A DNA stretch of 64,000 nucleotides from Dictyostelium discoideum. Lineage: Eukaryota. The position numbers were made by a program, and so were the translations under genes. This document shows, piece by piece, positions 17,693 to 31,486 of this stretch. Below the pieces are notes generated by a model. The model did not search any database, was not told where the DNA came from, and saw only the letters and a list, made by a program, of their open reading frames with translations. The stretch is from contig CM000152.2 of assembly GCA_000004695.1 (NCBI GenBank), forward strand, positions 3,904,001 to 3,968,000, in the 5' to 3' direction. Positions within the stretch are counted from its first letter, which is position 1. The number at the start of each line of letters is the position of its first letter.

Positions 17693-19045
17693 ATGTTTGA
17701 AAATAATAATAATGATGGTGGAAGTGGTAGCGGAATAAATTCACCATTATCACCCCAATCACCATATCAAGCAACTACTACAAATAGAATTAATAGAGTA
17801 TCAAATAATAGAAATAGTAATAATAATAATAATGATAGTTGGGTAGAAAAAGTTAAATTATTCGATTTTTACCCAAAAGTTAATGATGATGTACCAAGAC
17901 ATAAATCAACATTTGGTGGTGTAGCAACAATGATTTGTATTTTAATTACAACTTATTTATTAGTATCAGAGATTTATTTTTATACATTCCCAATTAGGGA
18001 ACATTCATTAAAGGTAGATATTACCAGAGGTAATAGATTACCAATCAATATCGATATTCATTTCCCAAGATTGGTTTGTACTGATATTACAATCGATGTA
18101 GTTGATGGTATAGATGGTAACCCAATTAAAGATGCAGCTTATCAAATAGTTAAACAAAGATTAGATTCATATGGTGAGCCATTTGCTCAAGGTGTTGCAT
18201 TAGGTAATAAAAAAAAAAATAAAAAATAAAAAAAAAAAAAAAAAAACAATATAAATATTAATTTATATGTTGTTTATTTTTAATTTTTAGCTGGTAAAAA
18301 AGGTATATTTAGTAGATCATGTACAGAATGTGAATTTCCAAAATCAAAGAGAGTATCATCAGTATTTTATAAACAAAAATGTTGTAATAGTTGTGAAGAT
18401 TTAAGACAATATTATAGACTTAATAGAATACCACAGAATTTAGCAGACGATTCACCACAATGTTTAATAGAGAGACCAGTTCAAGATGATGAAGGTTGTA
18501 GAATTTATGGATCATTGTCAGTGCAAAAGATGAAGGGTGATTTCCACATTTTGGCAGGCACTGGTATCGATCAATCACATGATGGTCACGTTCATCATGC
18601 TCATCATATCCCCAGAGAGAATATTGGGCGTATTAAACATTTTAATATCACTCATCATATTCACAAGTTTTCATTTGGTGAGGATATCGAAGGTTTGATT
18701 AACCCATTGGAAGATTTTGGTATTGTTGCTCAAAGTTTGGCTGTTCAAACCTATTATCTTCAAGTTGTACCAGCAATCTATAAAAAGAATGATTTCGTTT
18801 TAGAAACTAATCAATACTCTTACACCTATGATTATAGGATTGTAAATATGTTCAATTTAGGTCAGCTTTTCCCTGGAATTTACTTCAAATATGATCTCTC
18901 TCCTCTTATGATTGAAGTAGATCAAACCTCAAAACCATTGGTTGAATTAATTACAAGTATTTGTGCAATTGGTGGTGGAATGTATGTAGTTTTAGGTTTA
19001 GTTGTTCGTTTATCTGAATTTATTACAAATTTAAAAAAGAAATAA
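17693..19045 (+). CDS. ERGIC3 / Erv46-family ER-Golgi intermediate compartment protein, 2 exons: join(17693..18203,18291..19045)
   Basis: KLFDFYPK, CCNSCEDLRQYYR, GDFHILAG and HHIHKFSFGEDIEGLINPLE align with human ERGIC3. GTAATA donor at 18204 and ttttAG acceptor at 18289-90. Phase-1 splice gives ...AQGVALAGKKGIF. Confidence 0.85.
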
Positions 19046-19505
19046 AATCAAAAATATAATATAATATAATATATAGTAAAATAGTAATAATAAAAAATCA
19101 AAAAAAAAAAAAAAAAATCAAAAAAAGTCTAAATATAGAATATAAATGAATATTTTTATTTTTTTTATTTTTTTAATTTTTTTAATTAGGTGGAATCTAA
19201 TAAATAAAAAAAAATTATTAATTTGGCGCCTATTTTTTTTTTTTTTTTTTTTTTTTTCTCTTTTTCCAAATTTTTTTTTTTTTTTTTTGTTTTTTCTTTT
19301 TTTTTAAAAATTATTTTCATTATTGAGGATAAATATAAAATATTTAGTTGATAATAGTTTAATAACTATTTTAGAAAAGGATAATAGATAGATAAATAAA
19401 AAAAAAAAAAAAAAAAAAAAATTATTATATGTTTTTTTTTAGGTTATTTTTTTTTTTTTTTTTTTTTTTTTTCGGAAGTAATTAAAATATTTAATAATAA
19501 TTATT

Positions 19506-20871
19506 ATGGATACTCATCAATCATTTAATGAAAATCAACATCCAAATTTTAATAGTGGTAATCATGGAGGTATTAATATGAATAGATTTCAAAGATTTTC
19601 AAAACCAACAATTTCACCAATTCAACAACAACAACAACCACAACCACAACAACCATCATCAATTATACAAAGACAATCAATCATTATGACACAACCACAA
19701 CCACAACCACAACCACAAATGATACCAATATTTAGAGAACCAAATGAATGGTATAAATTAATTGATATGGAAATGAATAAATTTAATAATGAGTCAAGAC
19801 CATCACCTGAATATATAAAATATTTAACTCAATTATTTCAACAGGCTTTAGATAGTCTTGAACATAAAAATACACCCGAATTTTATTTATTCTTATTAAA
19901 TCGTGCAACTTTTCAAAGGTAATTTTATATTAAAACTTTTTTTTTTTTTCTTTTAAAATACATGATACTAACTGAAAACTTTTTTTTTTTATTTCATTCA
20001 TCATGGATTATATTAATCACTCACACATTCACATACACACACATATATATATTATATATATATATATATACTATTAGTAAAATCGGAGAGAATGAAGATG
20101 CAAAAGGAACATTAAAATATATGAAAGTATTAAAGATGGAAAGTTTTGAAGTATTTGTATTATTATCAGAGATTGAATCGAAATCTTTTAGATTTTCAAA
20201 GGCAAGATCAATTATTAATAGAGGTATTCAAAAGATTCCCTCAAGGAGTAAAGAATTTGAGGGATTTTTAATGGTTATAGATATTCAAGAGGATGAATTT
20301 TCAAGAAATGGTTGTATTATTAGTAATAATAATAATATAAGTTTTAATAATGGTGATGTAAATAATAATAGTATAATAATGAATGAAAATGATCAACCAA
20401 TGGTAATTAATCTTAATCCACAGCAGCAACAACAACAACAACAACAACCATATGAAATATCATCATCATCATCATTGATGAGTACACCAGCATCCTCTAG
20501 ACATTTATCTAATAGATCATCAATAGTTCCAACACCAAATAGTTCAACAAAACTCTCTGAATCAATTAAAACAATTGGTTTAAGATCTGTACAACCCAGA
20601 AGAGTTATTCATAAACAAACTACTACAAATTTTAATACCACCACTACTACTATACCTGAAAATAGTTATGATGATGATGCTGATCAACCAATGGATCATG
20701 ATGGTAATAATAATAATAATTTTAGAATACATTCGAACAACAATAATAATAGTAGTGCAAATAGTAGTTATAATAAAAGTGAAAATGATGAAGATGATCA
20801 AGATGAAGAAGATGAAGAAGAAGAAGATGAAGATGAGGATGATGATGAAGAAGATGAAGAAGAGTATGAAG

Positions 20872-20951
<80 letters not shown>

Positions 20952-21104
20952 TATTTTAAATACAATCGACAACAATACATTTTAAATAATGATAGTGATA
21001 CTAGTACAAACCCAAATTCACCAGCATCTTCAAACTCTTCTGTTAACGATATCATTAACAGTATTTCAATTACTGATGATTCTAAATTAGATTATGAAAA
21101 TAAT

Positions 21105-21189
<85 letters not shown>

Positions 21190-21459
21190 ATATACAACAA
21201 CAACAACAACAACAACCAAAAATACACCCACAAAGATTTTCACTTCAAAATAATACACCAACAACAACTACAACAACAACAGCAGCAACAAATGTACAGA
21301 ACCCTTCATCATCATCATCATATATTTCACCTCCTTTATCTTCTCAATCATCAGAACTCCAACATCAAAGAAGACACTCTATTCAAGCTCAAAGAGCAAA
21401 TAAACCTCCTGTTATTCCTCCACCTTCAAAATTACATCAAAATAATTTACAACAGCAGC

Positions 21460-21513
<54 letters not shown>

Positions 21514-21568
21514 TACTTTTACAACAACAAGCTTTATTACAACAACAGCAGCAACAACAAATTTTATT

Positions 21569-21620
<52 letters not shown>

Positions 21621-22616
21621 AAACAACAAGAACAACAATTAAAAAAAACAAATATGCAACCACCGCCACCAAAGCAACCTCAACCTCAAACCCAAACTCA
21701 ACAACAACAAAAAAATATTAATAATTCAGAAATTGTTGATAAAGAAAAATCATTTGAAGTTGCAAAAAGTTGGAGTGAAGTTGCAATGGTAAATGGTAAA
21801 CCATATTTAAGAATTGAATTTATAGGAAAAGGTGGTAGTGGTAAAGTTTATAAGGTATTAAGTGGTGATTTAAAAATCTATGCATTGAAATATGTTTGTT
21901 TATCAGATCCAAATGAGATTGAAGCACAATTGAATGAAATTGAAATGTTGAAACGTTTAAGAAAACAGGTTAATATCATTCAATTGATAGACTATGAAGT
22001 TAATATGGCAAAGAATTATATATTGTTAGTGTTGGAATTTGGTGAGATCGATCTATCAAAACTTTTACAAAGATTGCAAACTCCGAATGGAACCAATGTG
22101 AATTTCATACGTATCTATTGGCAGCAAATGTTGCAGGCTGTGCACACCATCCACGAGGAGAAGATCATTCATGGTGATTTGAAACCCGCAAATTTCGTCT
22201 CGGTTCAGGGTAGTTTAAAATTAATTGATTTCGGTATTGCCAAAGCCATCCAATCCGATGATACTACCAATATCGTTAGAGAGAGTCAAATTGGTACAAT
22301 CAATTATATCTCACCCGAGGCTTTAATCGATACTTCACAAGGTGGTCCAAAGCAGTGTATGAAGTTAGGAAGAGCAAGTGATATTTGGTCTTTGGGTTGT
22401 ATACTCTATGAGATGGCTTTTGGTTATCCACCTTTTAAAAGTTTTTCAAATATAATCTCAAAATATCAAGCTATCATTAATCCTCATCATAAAATTGAAT
22501 TTCCAGTTCATCCAAATGAAAATTTATTAAAAGTTTTAAAACTTTGTTTAATTAGGAATCCTCATGAAAGACCAACAATTCCAACTTTATTAAATCATGA
22601 TTTTTTAAAAATTTAA
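19506..22616 (+). CDS. mps1: Mps1/TTK dual-specificity spindle-checkpoint kinase, 2 exons: join(19506..19918,20078..22616)
   Basis: GTAATT donor at 19919 and tattAG acceptor at 20076-77. N-terminal helical region, then a long Q/N-rich linker. C-terminal kinase has GKGGSGKVYKV, HGDLKPANF, DFG and the Mps1-type GTINYISPEAL. Confidence 0.8.
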
Positions 22617-22680
22617 TAAATAATAAATATTATGTGTGTGTATATATATATATTTCTATTTATTTTAACTTTTTATTTTT

Positions 22681-23709
22681 TTAATTTAATTTTATAACAA
22701 TTTTACCAAATGAACCTCTTGATAAATGTTGAAATGCTTTAATTGAATCATCAAAATCATAAATTGTATCAATTACTGGTTTAAAGATGAAATTTGTTGA
22801 TAATTGATTAATCATTTCTTGGAAAGAATCTTTTGGTGAAACTCCAATACCATGTAGGTTAATTCTTTTAAAGAGAGCATCAAAAAGGTTGATTTTAGCA
22901 TTTGATTCTTTTAAAAATCCAATCATATAGATATGACCATGTGTATGACTACAACGTATTGATCTATTTATATAATCACCACCAACTACATCAAGTACAT
23001 GATTTACACCTTGATCATTTGTTAATTTCATAACTTCTTTCTCCCATTCATTATGGGTTTTATAATTTATAACATGAGTGGCACCCATTTTTAATAATCT
23101 TTCTTTTTTTTCTTCATTACTTGTTAAAAGTATAGTTTTTGCACCAATTGAATGTGATATTTGAAGAGCGAATAATGAGACACCGCCAGTGCCTTGAATT
23201 AAAACAGTTTGATTTGATTTTAATTTTGATTCAATTCCACCGACATTCATTAACGAATACCACGCTGTACATGCTGCAATGGGTAATGTTGAGCATTCTT
23301 CATCTGTGTAATGTTTTGGTGGTATTAAACATGAGTTTTCATCAAGAATAATGTATTTTGCTAAACCGCCATTTAACGGACCACCATAACTGAATTGTTC
23401 TTCATTACTTTTCGCTTCACCTTCCATCCAGTGAGATAAGAAATGATTTACAACTCTATCACCAACTTTAAATTTCTTTACATTTTTTCCAACTTTTTCA
23501 ATTATGCCACAAGTATCAGATACTGGTATTAAACCTTTTTCAAATTTAATACCATAGGTTCCATCCATTATTGCTTTATCTCTATAGTTTAATGAAACTG
23601 CTGATACTTTAACCAATACTTGATCATCATTAATATGTGGAACTGAAATTTCATCCATTTTCATACCATAGGTACCATCAAAACTATGAATTCTCCATGC
23701 CTTCATCAT
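22681..23709 (-). CDS. zinc-type medium-chain dehydrogenase/reductase (alcohol dehydrogenase / quinone oxidoreductase-like), single exon
   Basis: 342-aa ORF with the GroES-like N-domain (KVSAVSLNYRDKAIMDG) and Rossmann motif LIQGTGGVSLFALQI. Confidence 0.8.
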   Translation of the reverse strand: MMKAWRIHSFDGTYGMKMDEISVPHINDDQVLVKVSAVSLNYRDKAIMDGTYGIKFEKGLIPVSDTCGIIEKVGKNVKKFKVGDRVVNHFLSHWMEGEAKSNEEQFSYGGPLNGGLAKYIILDENSCLIPPKHYTDEECSTLPIAACTAWYSLMNVGGIESKLKSNQTVLIQGTGGVSLFALQISHSIGAKTILLTSNEEKKERLLKMGATHVINYKTHNEWEKEVMKLTNDQGVNHVLDVVGGDYINRSIRCSHTHGHIYMIGFLKESNAKINLFDALFKRINLHGIGVSPKDSFQEMINQLSTNFIFKPVIDTIYDFDDSIKAFQHLSRGSFGKIVIKLN

Positions 23710-24108
23710 TTTTTTATTTATTTAATTATTTGTTTTTTTTTTTTTTTTAAAAAAAAAGGTAAATTATATTAAAATTATTAAATAAAATAAAATTGTGAAA
23801 AAAAAAAAAAAAAATATTATGTTGGGGTTTTTTTTTTTTTTTTGTGTTGAATTTCATTTTTGTACATATTTGGAATATTCAAACATTTTAATTTTGTAGT
23901 TTGTATACTGAGGAGTTTTATTCTTTTTTTTTTTTTTCAATTTTTAATGTATAATGGATCCATTCAGTGAAATAAAAAAAAGGTATGTAAATTATAATCC
24001 AATAAAAAATTAAAATAAAAACATTAAGTTTCTCCCAATTTTCATTTAAACCTTTTATTAAAAATTAATATTACCTTTCATATTTTTTCTTAAAATTAAA
24101 ATAAATAG

Positions 24109-24184
<76 letters not shown>

Positions 24185-24565
24185 AAATGAATAAATAAAT
24201 AAAAAAAAAAATAAAAATAAATAAATTAATATATCATTTACTGATTAAATAATATTTTAATTATTTTTTATTTGAAATAATGTTCAAAACCCCCATTAAT
24301 TACAGAATAGATTAAAAAATTATTAAAAAGAGTGGTTAATTCAAAAGATTAATAAGGATTATATTAATATGGAAATTGTAGAGTTTTAACCGCCTTTATA
24401 TATATTCTGCTATTTCAGTTAAAAGGGTTTGAATATTGAAATTGACAAGAATGATTTTTTTTTTTTTTTTTTTTTTTTTTATTTTTTTCAAGAATAGTTA
24501 GTATTTAAACAAAAAAAAAAAAAATTTAATAAAAATCAAAAACCAATCAATTTAAAAAAATAAAA

Positions 24566-24902
24566 ATGACTTTGTTTGGTAATCATTAATTTTATTATAA
24601 TTATAAAATTAATATAAAAAATAATTAATTCTTTTTTTTTTTTATTTTTTATTTTTTTTTTAGCTTCAATCTCTTTAATTTCTAATCCATTAAAAGGATC
24701 AAACTCAAGAATCTCATCATCAAATGGAAGTGGTATTTTAATGGGATCAAATTCAATAACATGTGGAGGTTGTGGTGGAACAACTACTACAATAAAATCA
24801 TCTGGTTCATTTACAATTGATTCTAGTATTAATGTTTATGTGGATTCTAAAAATGTTTATTCACGTACTTATCATGATTCATTTAATGGCTGTTCTAGTT
24901 AA
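24566..24902 (+). CDS. divergent HssA/2C/7E-like small Ser/Gly-rich protein (array copy A): join(24566..24578,24664..24902)
   Basis: 13-nt exon 1 ATGACTTTGTTTG (MTLF+G), followed by a GTAATC donor; acceptor ttttAG at 24662-63. Product is [43 protein letters not shown]... Confidence 0.5.
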
Positions 24903-25798
24903 TCGTGTGATTTAATCATAAAAAGTAAATCTGATAAATCACCAAATATTAATATTTATATATATCAGTAAATTTGTAATATCAATCAATTTCCTTATTT
25001 TTTTAAAATAATTAAAAAATAAAAAAATAATAAATTCAATAATTTCTTTTTTTTTTTAAAAACAATATTATTTTTCATTCTTTTTTTAATTTAATGATTT
25101 ATTCTTAAATTAAAGATTAAAAAATATAAATAAAATTAGATTTGAATAATATTAAATATGATCATAATTGTGGATATACATACAAAAATGTATTTTTTAT
25201 TTTTTATTTTTTATTTTTAAAAAGACAAAATATGTTTTTTTTTAAATTAAATTTAATAATGTAAACCTTAGTTTGTGTTTTTTTACAACAATTTATTTGA
25301 ATTAAACAGTCACTAGAAAAAAGTAGTTTATATTTGGTTAAAAAACAATTTTAAAAGGGGTTTATATTATAATGAATAAAGGTTTAAATTTTTTTTTTTT
25401 TTCTGGTTTTTTTTTTTTTTTAAAAATCAATAACCACATGTTCAAGATGGATTAAATAATTTAAAACAAAAATGGGTTTGTGGTTTGTGAAAAAAAAAAA
25501 AACAAAAATTTGTTTGGATAAACTTTTAATCACGATTTTTAATATTTATTATATATAATCAGTAATTTCATTTTTTTTTTTACCTGTCAAAAATGTATTG
25601 AGATCTTATAGAAAATGAGTGTTTTTAGATAATTAAATCTCTGTACTATTTGGTCTAAAATAATTATTGTTTTTATTTGAAAAAAAAAAAAAAGAATGAT
25701 TTATTTTTAAAATTTTTTTTTAGTTTAAAAAAAAAAGTATAAAATAAAATTTAATTTTATACATTTAAAAATATATTTTAAAATTTAACTTAATAAAA

Positions 25799-26159
25799 AT
25801 GACTCTTTTTTGTAAGAATTTATAAACTAAAAAAAATATTAAAATTAAAACTAACCATATAGTATTATTAATTAATAGCATCAATTTCATCAATTTCAAG
25901 CTCAATTTCAAGCTCAAAATCAAGTATTGCATCATTTGGTAATGGAACAAGTATGGGTTCAAATTCAATTGCATGTGGTGGTGGTTGTGGAAGTGGAAAT
26001 GGATTTGGTGGTATTTTTATTGGTGCAAATATAGATTTAACAGGTGGCGCCAGTACAAGTAGTGGGGGCAGAGGTGGAAGACCAGGTCGTGGACATGGTG
26101 GGCCACATGGTCATGGTCGTGGTGGTTCTGGTTCTGGAAGCTCATGTGGTTGTAATTAG
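25799..26159 (+). CDS. HssA/2C/7E-like small Gly/Ser/Cys-rich protein with Gly/Arg/His-rich tail (array copy B): join(25799..25811,25879..26159)
   Basis: Exon 1 ATGACTCTTTTTT plus GTAAGA donor; acceptor aatAG at 25877-78. Product is MTLFSSISSISS...[30 protein letters not shown]...[30 protein letters not shown]. Confidence 0.6.
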
Positions 26160-26441
26160 GTTTTAAAAAAAACTATATTTCATTCATCCTATTACTATTA
26201 TTGTAATAATACTATATCCAATAAATAAAATTATATATTTTTTTAAATCATTTAAATCAAAAACACTCTTATTTATTTAAAATTTATTATTTAAATATAA
26301 GGATATTTTGACAAGGGAATTTTTTTTTTTTATATTAAAATTAATTTTAGTTTTAAATTTTCTTGGGAAATTAAATTACTTATATTAAATATTTTTAAAA
26401 AAACTATAAATGTAAAATGTAAAATGGTAATAGTTTTTTAT

Positions 26442-26482
<41 letters not shown>

Positions 26483-26955
26483 GTATTGTTAAAAATAATA
26501 TCATGTTTTTTTAATTAATAACCACCAAATCTATTAATTTCAATTTTTTATTAATATTTGTGGATTGGGGTATTGGTGTGTTTGAGTGTGTGGTTAAAGA
26601 TAAACCAATTAGTTTTTATATTTTTATATATATAACTATTATGGGTATCATTAACTGGAAATTTCGTATTTTTAATATTTTGTAAACTGCTAAAAAAGTT
26701 TATTCATCTAATATGAACTCAAACTTAAAAATAAATATTATTTGAATTTGGTAGTTAATTTTTACTTTTTTACAATACTGGTTAAATTACAAGTTAATAT
26801 AAATGAAAAAGAGTGATTTATTTTTTATATTACTCAAAAATAAAAAGTATAAATTAAAATTTTTTTTTTTTTTTTCATTAATCAATTATTATATTTTTAA
26901 TAAAAAAAAATTAAAATAAATTAAAATAAATTAATATAAATTATATTAAAATAAA

Positions 26956-27315
26956 ATGACACTCTTTTGTAAGTATTTTTTTTTTATTATTTTTTAATTT
27001 AATAAATTAAAATAATTACTAATAATTTTTATAATTATAGCATCAATCTCATCAATTTCAAACCCAATGACAAGTTCAAAATCCAGTATTGCATCATTTG
27101 GTAGTGGAACAAGTATGAGTTCAAATTCAATTGCATGTGGTGGTGGTTGTGGAGGTGGAAGTGGTGGTATTCTTGGTTTAGGTTTAGGATTAGGATTAAA
27201 TTTATTTGGAGGTTCTGGATCAAGAGGTGCTTGTGGTGGTAATGGTAGATCTGGAAATCCTGCTCAAGGAGGAAATGGAGGTTCTTGTTGTGGAGGTCCA
27301 TGTTGTGGTATTTAA
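26956..27315 (+). CDS. HssA/2C/7E-like protein, subtype 1 (array copy C): join(26956..26968,27041..27315)
   Basis: Exon 1 ATGACACTCTTTT plus GTAAGT donor; acceptor tatAG at 27039-40. Product is [62 protein letters not shown]...CCGGPCCGI. Confidence 0.7.
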
Positions 27316-27429
27316 AATATCTTAAAAAATTTTAAAAAAAATATATATGTTCAAAAGTACTATAGATGTAATAGTACTTTATTAAAATAAAAATGGTTAT
27401 TTACCAGTTTATTCAAAACAAAAAAAAAT

Positions 27430-27462
<33 letters not shown>

Positions 27463-28247
27463 TTATTGTTTTTTATTTTTAATTTTTAAAATAAACTATT
27501 TCTACAATTGTTATTGTAATGGTCTCAATTTAAATTAATTTTATTAGTCTTATTTTTCATTGGTTTAATTGATATATGATTGACCTCATTGAAATACCCA
27601 CTTTTTTAATCCATTTTTGTGGTGATAATTAATTCATTATTAACCCCATTTTATAAAAAAAAAATCTAAACTTTTTTTAAAGTTTTTAAAATTATTATAG
27701 TTCATTTAATAATATCAATAATCAAAGAAATGCCTTCGGTTTTAATAAAAATAAAATAATAGTTATTTTTATTTTATTTTTATTAAAAAAACATAAAAGA
27801 AATTTGGGATGATATTAAAAGGGGGTATTGTTATAAATCTAAAGATGTTTTTTTATTATATTTCAAAAATAACACAAAATTATAATTTTTGTGGGCTGTG
27901 GGTAAAATATTTTAATTGATAAACAAATTCTTTTTATATTAATTGTATTACATTACCTTTTTTTTTTTTTTTTCTATTTTTATATTATTGGTAAAATGAA
28001 TAAAAAAGTATATTCATCTGATGAATATACTGAAACTTAAAATGTCATTTATTTGAAATTTTGGTAAACTTTTTGACATTGTAGTATTTTGGTTAAATTA
28101 CAAATTATTATTAAAAAAAGTGATTAAAAACAAAAATAAAAAATAAAAAAAAATAAAAAAAAAAAACAAGGATATAAATAAAAAACTTTTTAGCTTTTTA
28201 ATTAACAAATATTAATACTAAATTATAAAATAATTAAAAAATAAAAA

Positions 28248-28628
28248 ATGACACTTTTCTGTAAGGATTTTAATATTTTAAAACAAAAATCATAAAAAAA
28301 ACATTTTGTAAACTAATTTTTAAAAAAATAATGAAAACTAATAAATTAATTATTATTAATAGCATCAATCTCATCAATTTCAAACCCAATGACAAGTTCA
28401 AAATCTATAATAGCATCATTTGGTAGTGGAACTATTATGAGTTCAAATTCAATTGCATGTGGTAGTGGTTGTGGAGGTGGAAGAGGTGGTATTCTTGGTT
28501 TAGGTTTAGGATTAGGATTAAATTTATTTGGAGGTTCTAGAGGTGCTTGTGGTGGTAATGGTGGATCTGGAAATCCTGCTCAAGGAGGAAATGGTTCTTG
28601 TTGTGGAGGTCCATGTTGTGGTATTTAA
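28248..28628 (+). CDS. HssA/2C/7E-like protein, subtype 1 (copy D): join(28248..28260,28363..28628)
   Basis: Same micro-exon architecture (ATGACACTTTTCT + GTAAGG donor; aatAG acceptor). Product ends CCGGPCCGI. Confidence 0.7.
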
Positions 28629-29113
28629 AATATTTAAAAATTATAAAATATATGCTCAAAATTACTATAAATGTAATACTTTATTTAATATAAAAATGGT
28701 GAATTACTAAAAATGTTTTAAATAAATTAATTTTTTTAATAATTTGTTTTTTTTTTTTTCTAAATCTTTTTTTTATATTAAATTAATTTTTATCCATATA
28801 TAAACAAATTAAACCAAATTGAACTCTTTTGTGATGAGTTATTAAAATTTAATTTTCAATGATGATTTAAAAAAAGTGATTTATTGTTTACATCAATTTA
28901 TGACCTTATTTTTTTAATTTGATTTATTTATATTTTTAATTACTATTTTATTCTGATAGTTTTAAAGATTATTTTCATTCCATATATATGTAAAATTAAT
29001 GATATAAAAAAAGAATTGTAAGTTGGTAAAAGTTATTTTTTTAACAGTTAGTGGTATTGTCATAAACGATCTTATTTTTTTTTTTCCCACAGTAAATTAT
29101 ATTTTTTTAATAT

Positions 29114-29129
29114 ATGTGGGTTGGGGGTA
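29114..29129. promoter_or_regulatory. conserved G-rich G-box-like motif TGTGGGTTGGGGGTAT ~360 bp upstream of array copy E (type-1 variant)
   Basis: Paralogous motifs sit at equivalent positions upstream of every array gene: 26561-26580, 27889-27906, 30093-30110, 31158-31174, 32297-32311, 33335-33353, 34471-34484 and 35593-35606. They are the only G-rich strings in ~90% AT spacers. Confidence 0.4.
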
Positions 29130-29474
29130 TTATATTGCGATAATTGTTTTAATCTTACACTATAATTATTATTTTAATTTTATTATTATTTTTTTTAATT
29201 TAATAATTCTATTAATGAATAAACTGTTAAAAAAAGTATTATCATCTAATAAAAACACAAAACAAATAATATTAATTATTAAAATTTAATGTCAAACTTT
29301 ACATTATACTTTTTTGGTTAAATTACAAATTATTATTTATTGAAAATAGGTGATTTATTTTTTAAGGGTTTTTTTTTAAAAAAAAGCTATAAATAAAAAA
29401 AAAATAAAAAAAAAGAATTATTAATCATTAATCAGTAAAATATTAAATAATAAATTATAAAACTAAAAAATAAA

Positions 29475-29849
29475 ATGACACTTTTTTGTAAGGATTTATT
29501 TAATAATTTTAAGTTTATAAAAAAAAAAAAAAAAAGAAAACTAATTAATTTAAATTAAAAATTATAAGCATCAATCTCATCAATTTCAAATCCAATGACA
29601 AGTTCAAAATCCAGTATTGCATCATTTGGTAGTGGAACAAGTATGAGTTCAAATTCAAATGCCTGTGGCGGTGGTTGTGGAGGTGGAAATGGTGGTATTC
29701 TTGGTTTAGGTTTAGGTTTAGGATTAAATTTGTTTGGAGGTTCTAGATCAAGAGGTGCTTGTGGTGGTAATAATGGTGGATCTGGCAATCCTGGTAATGG
29801 TCCATTTTCAGGAGGCTCTTGTTGCGGAAGTCCATGTTGTGGTATTTAA
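29475..29849 (+). CDS. HssA/2C/7E-like protein, subtype 1 (copy E): join(29475..29487,29569..29849)
   Basis: Micro-exon ATGACACTTTTTT + GTAAGG donor; acceptor ataAG at 29567-68. Product ends [11 protein letters not shown]. Confidence 0.7.
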
Positions 29850-30449
29850 ATTATTAAAAAATTATAAAATATATGTTCAACATTACTATAAATGTAATAC
29901 TACTTTATTTAAAAATTGGCGAATTTCCAATTATATTAAAAAACAAAAATAAATAAAATCTTTTTATTTTTAAAAATTTTGTTTTAATTATCACAATACT
30001 GTTATTTTACAAAATGAAATAACTTTTTTGTTGGCATTGTTATAATGATTTTATTTTTTAAAACACCAAAAATTCTTTTTTTTATTTTATTATTGGGGTG
30101 GGGTGTGGGTTTTAGATTGTTAATGATAATCATTATCGTTTTTATTATTTAAAAATATTAAAATTAATTTTATAATTAATGAAAATTTTTTTTAATTTTC
30201 TAATAAATATATAAATTGTATAAAAAAGTATATTCATCTAATATAAAACCTGAAATGTAGAATATTAATTATTTTAATTTTTAGTTTAACTTTTTGACAT
30301 TATACTTTTTAGATATATTACAATAATTTTTATTTTAAAAAAGTGATTTATTTTTGCAATCCTTTAAAATAAGCTATAAATAAAATTTTTAATTTTAAAT
30401 ATTCTTCATCACTCATTAGTTAATTATTAAATTATAAATCAATAATAAA

Positions 30450-30822
30450 ATGACACTTTTTTGTAAGGACTTAATATTATTTAATAATTTATAGTTCTTA
30501 TAAAAAAATGAATACTAATAAATTTATAATTATTAATAGCATCAATCTCATCAATTTCAAATCCAATGACAAGCTCAAAATCCAGTATCCAATCATTTGG
30601 TAGTGGAACAAGTATGGGTTCAAATTCAATTGCATGTGGTGGTGAATGTCGAAGTGGGGTGGTATTCTTGGTATAGGATTAGGTTTAAGTATAGGATTAG
30701 GTTTTGGATTAGGTTTAACAGGGGGTTCTAGATCAAGAGGTGCTTGTGGTGGTAATAATGGTGTATCTGGAAATAATGGTAATGGAAGTATGGGAGGAAA
30801 TGGTTCATTTTGTGGTATTTAA
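30450..30822 (+). pseudogene. frameshifted HssA/2C/7E-like copy (copy F, subtype 2)
   Basis: Micro-exon and acceptor are intact (30450..30462; acceptor 30538-39). Where intact copies read ggtggtggttgtggaggtggaagtggtggtattc, this copy reads ggtggtgaatgtcgaagtggggtggtattc. That net 4-nt loss gives a premature TAG after ~45 codons. The 3' end still reads ...ggaaatggttcattttgtggtatttaa in the original frame. Confidence 0.6.
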
Positions 30823-31486
30823 AATATTTAAAAATTATAAAATATATTCACAATTACTATAAATGTAGTAAACTTTAAAAATTGGAGAATTTCCAATTAA
30901 ATTTTAAAAAATAAAAATAAATAAATTTTATTATCAAAATACTATTATTATAACAAAATGAAATTTAACTATTGTTTAGTTTTTTTATTTTCTGACTAAT
31001 GATTCATAAAATCTCAAGTTTACTTTCATTCCTTCAATTTTTAAAATTAACTAGTTAAAATTCAATTTAAATGTTGATGGTATTGTTAAATTTGATTTTA
31101 GTTTAATTTTTTTAACCACTAAAAAATTCTTTTTTTTTTTTTTTTGTATTTAATAATTGTGGTGGGGTGGGGTTTTATATAATAATGATAATCGTTATCG
31201 TTTTTATTATTTTTAAAAATTAAAATTGATTTTATCATTTATAAAAATAATAACATCATTTTTCTAATAATGAATATACTATTAAAAAAGTATATTTGTT
31301 TAAAAAATACACATGAAACGTAGAATATTAATTATTATAATTTTACTTTTACTTTTTGACTTTATTTTGGCATTATGAACATTTCCCCAAAAAAAAAAGC
31401 TATAAATAAAAAAAAAAAAAAAAAAAATTAAATTTTTATAATCACTCATCAGTAAACTATTAAATTAAAAATCATCAAAAAATAAA

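Noticed and set aside
29555-29788. Minus-strand Pro-rich ORFs ([18 protein letters not shown]...; also 33730-33972) antisense to HssA-like genes
   Set aside because: They are mirror images of GGN/GGT codon repeats, coincide exactly with the + strand exon 2 of array copies, and have no splice or start context. They are antisense artefacts.
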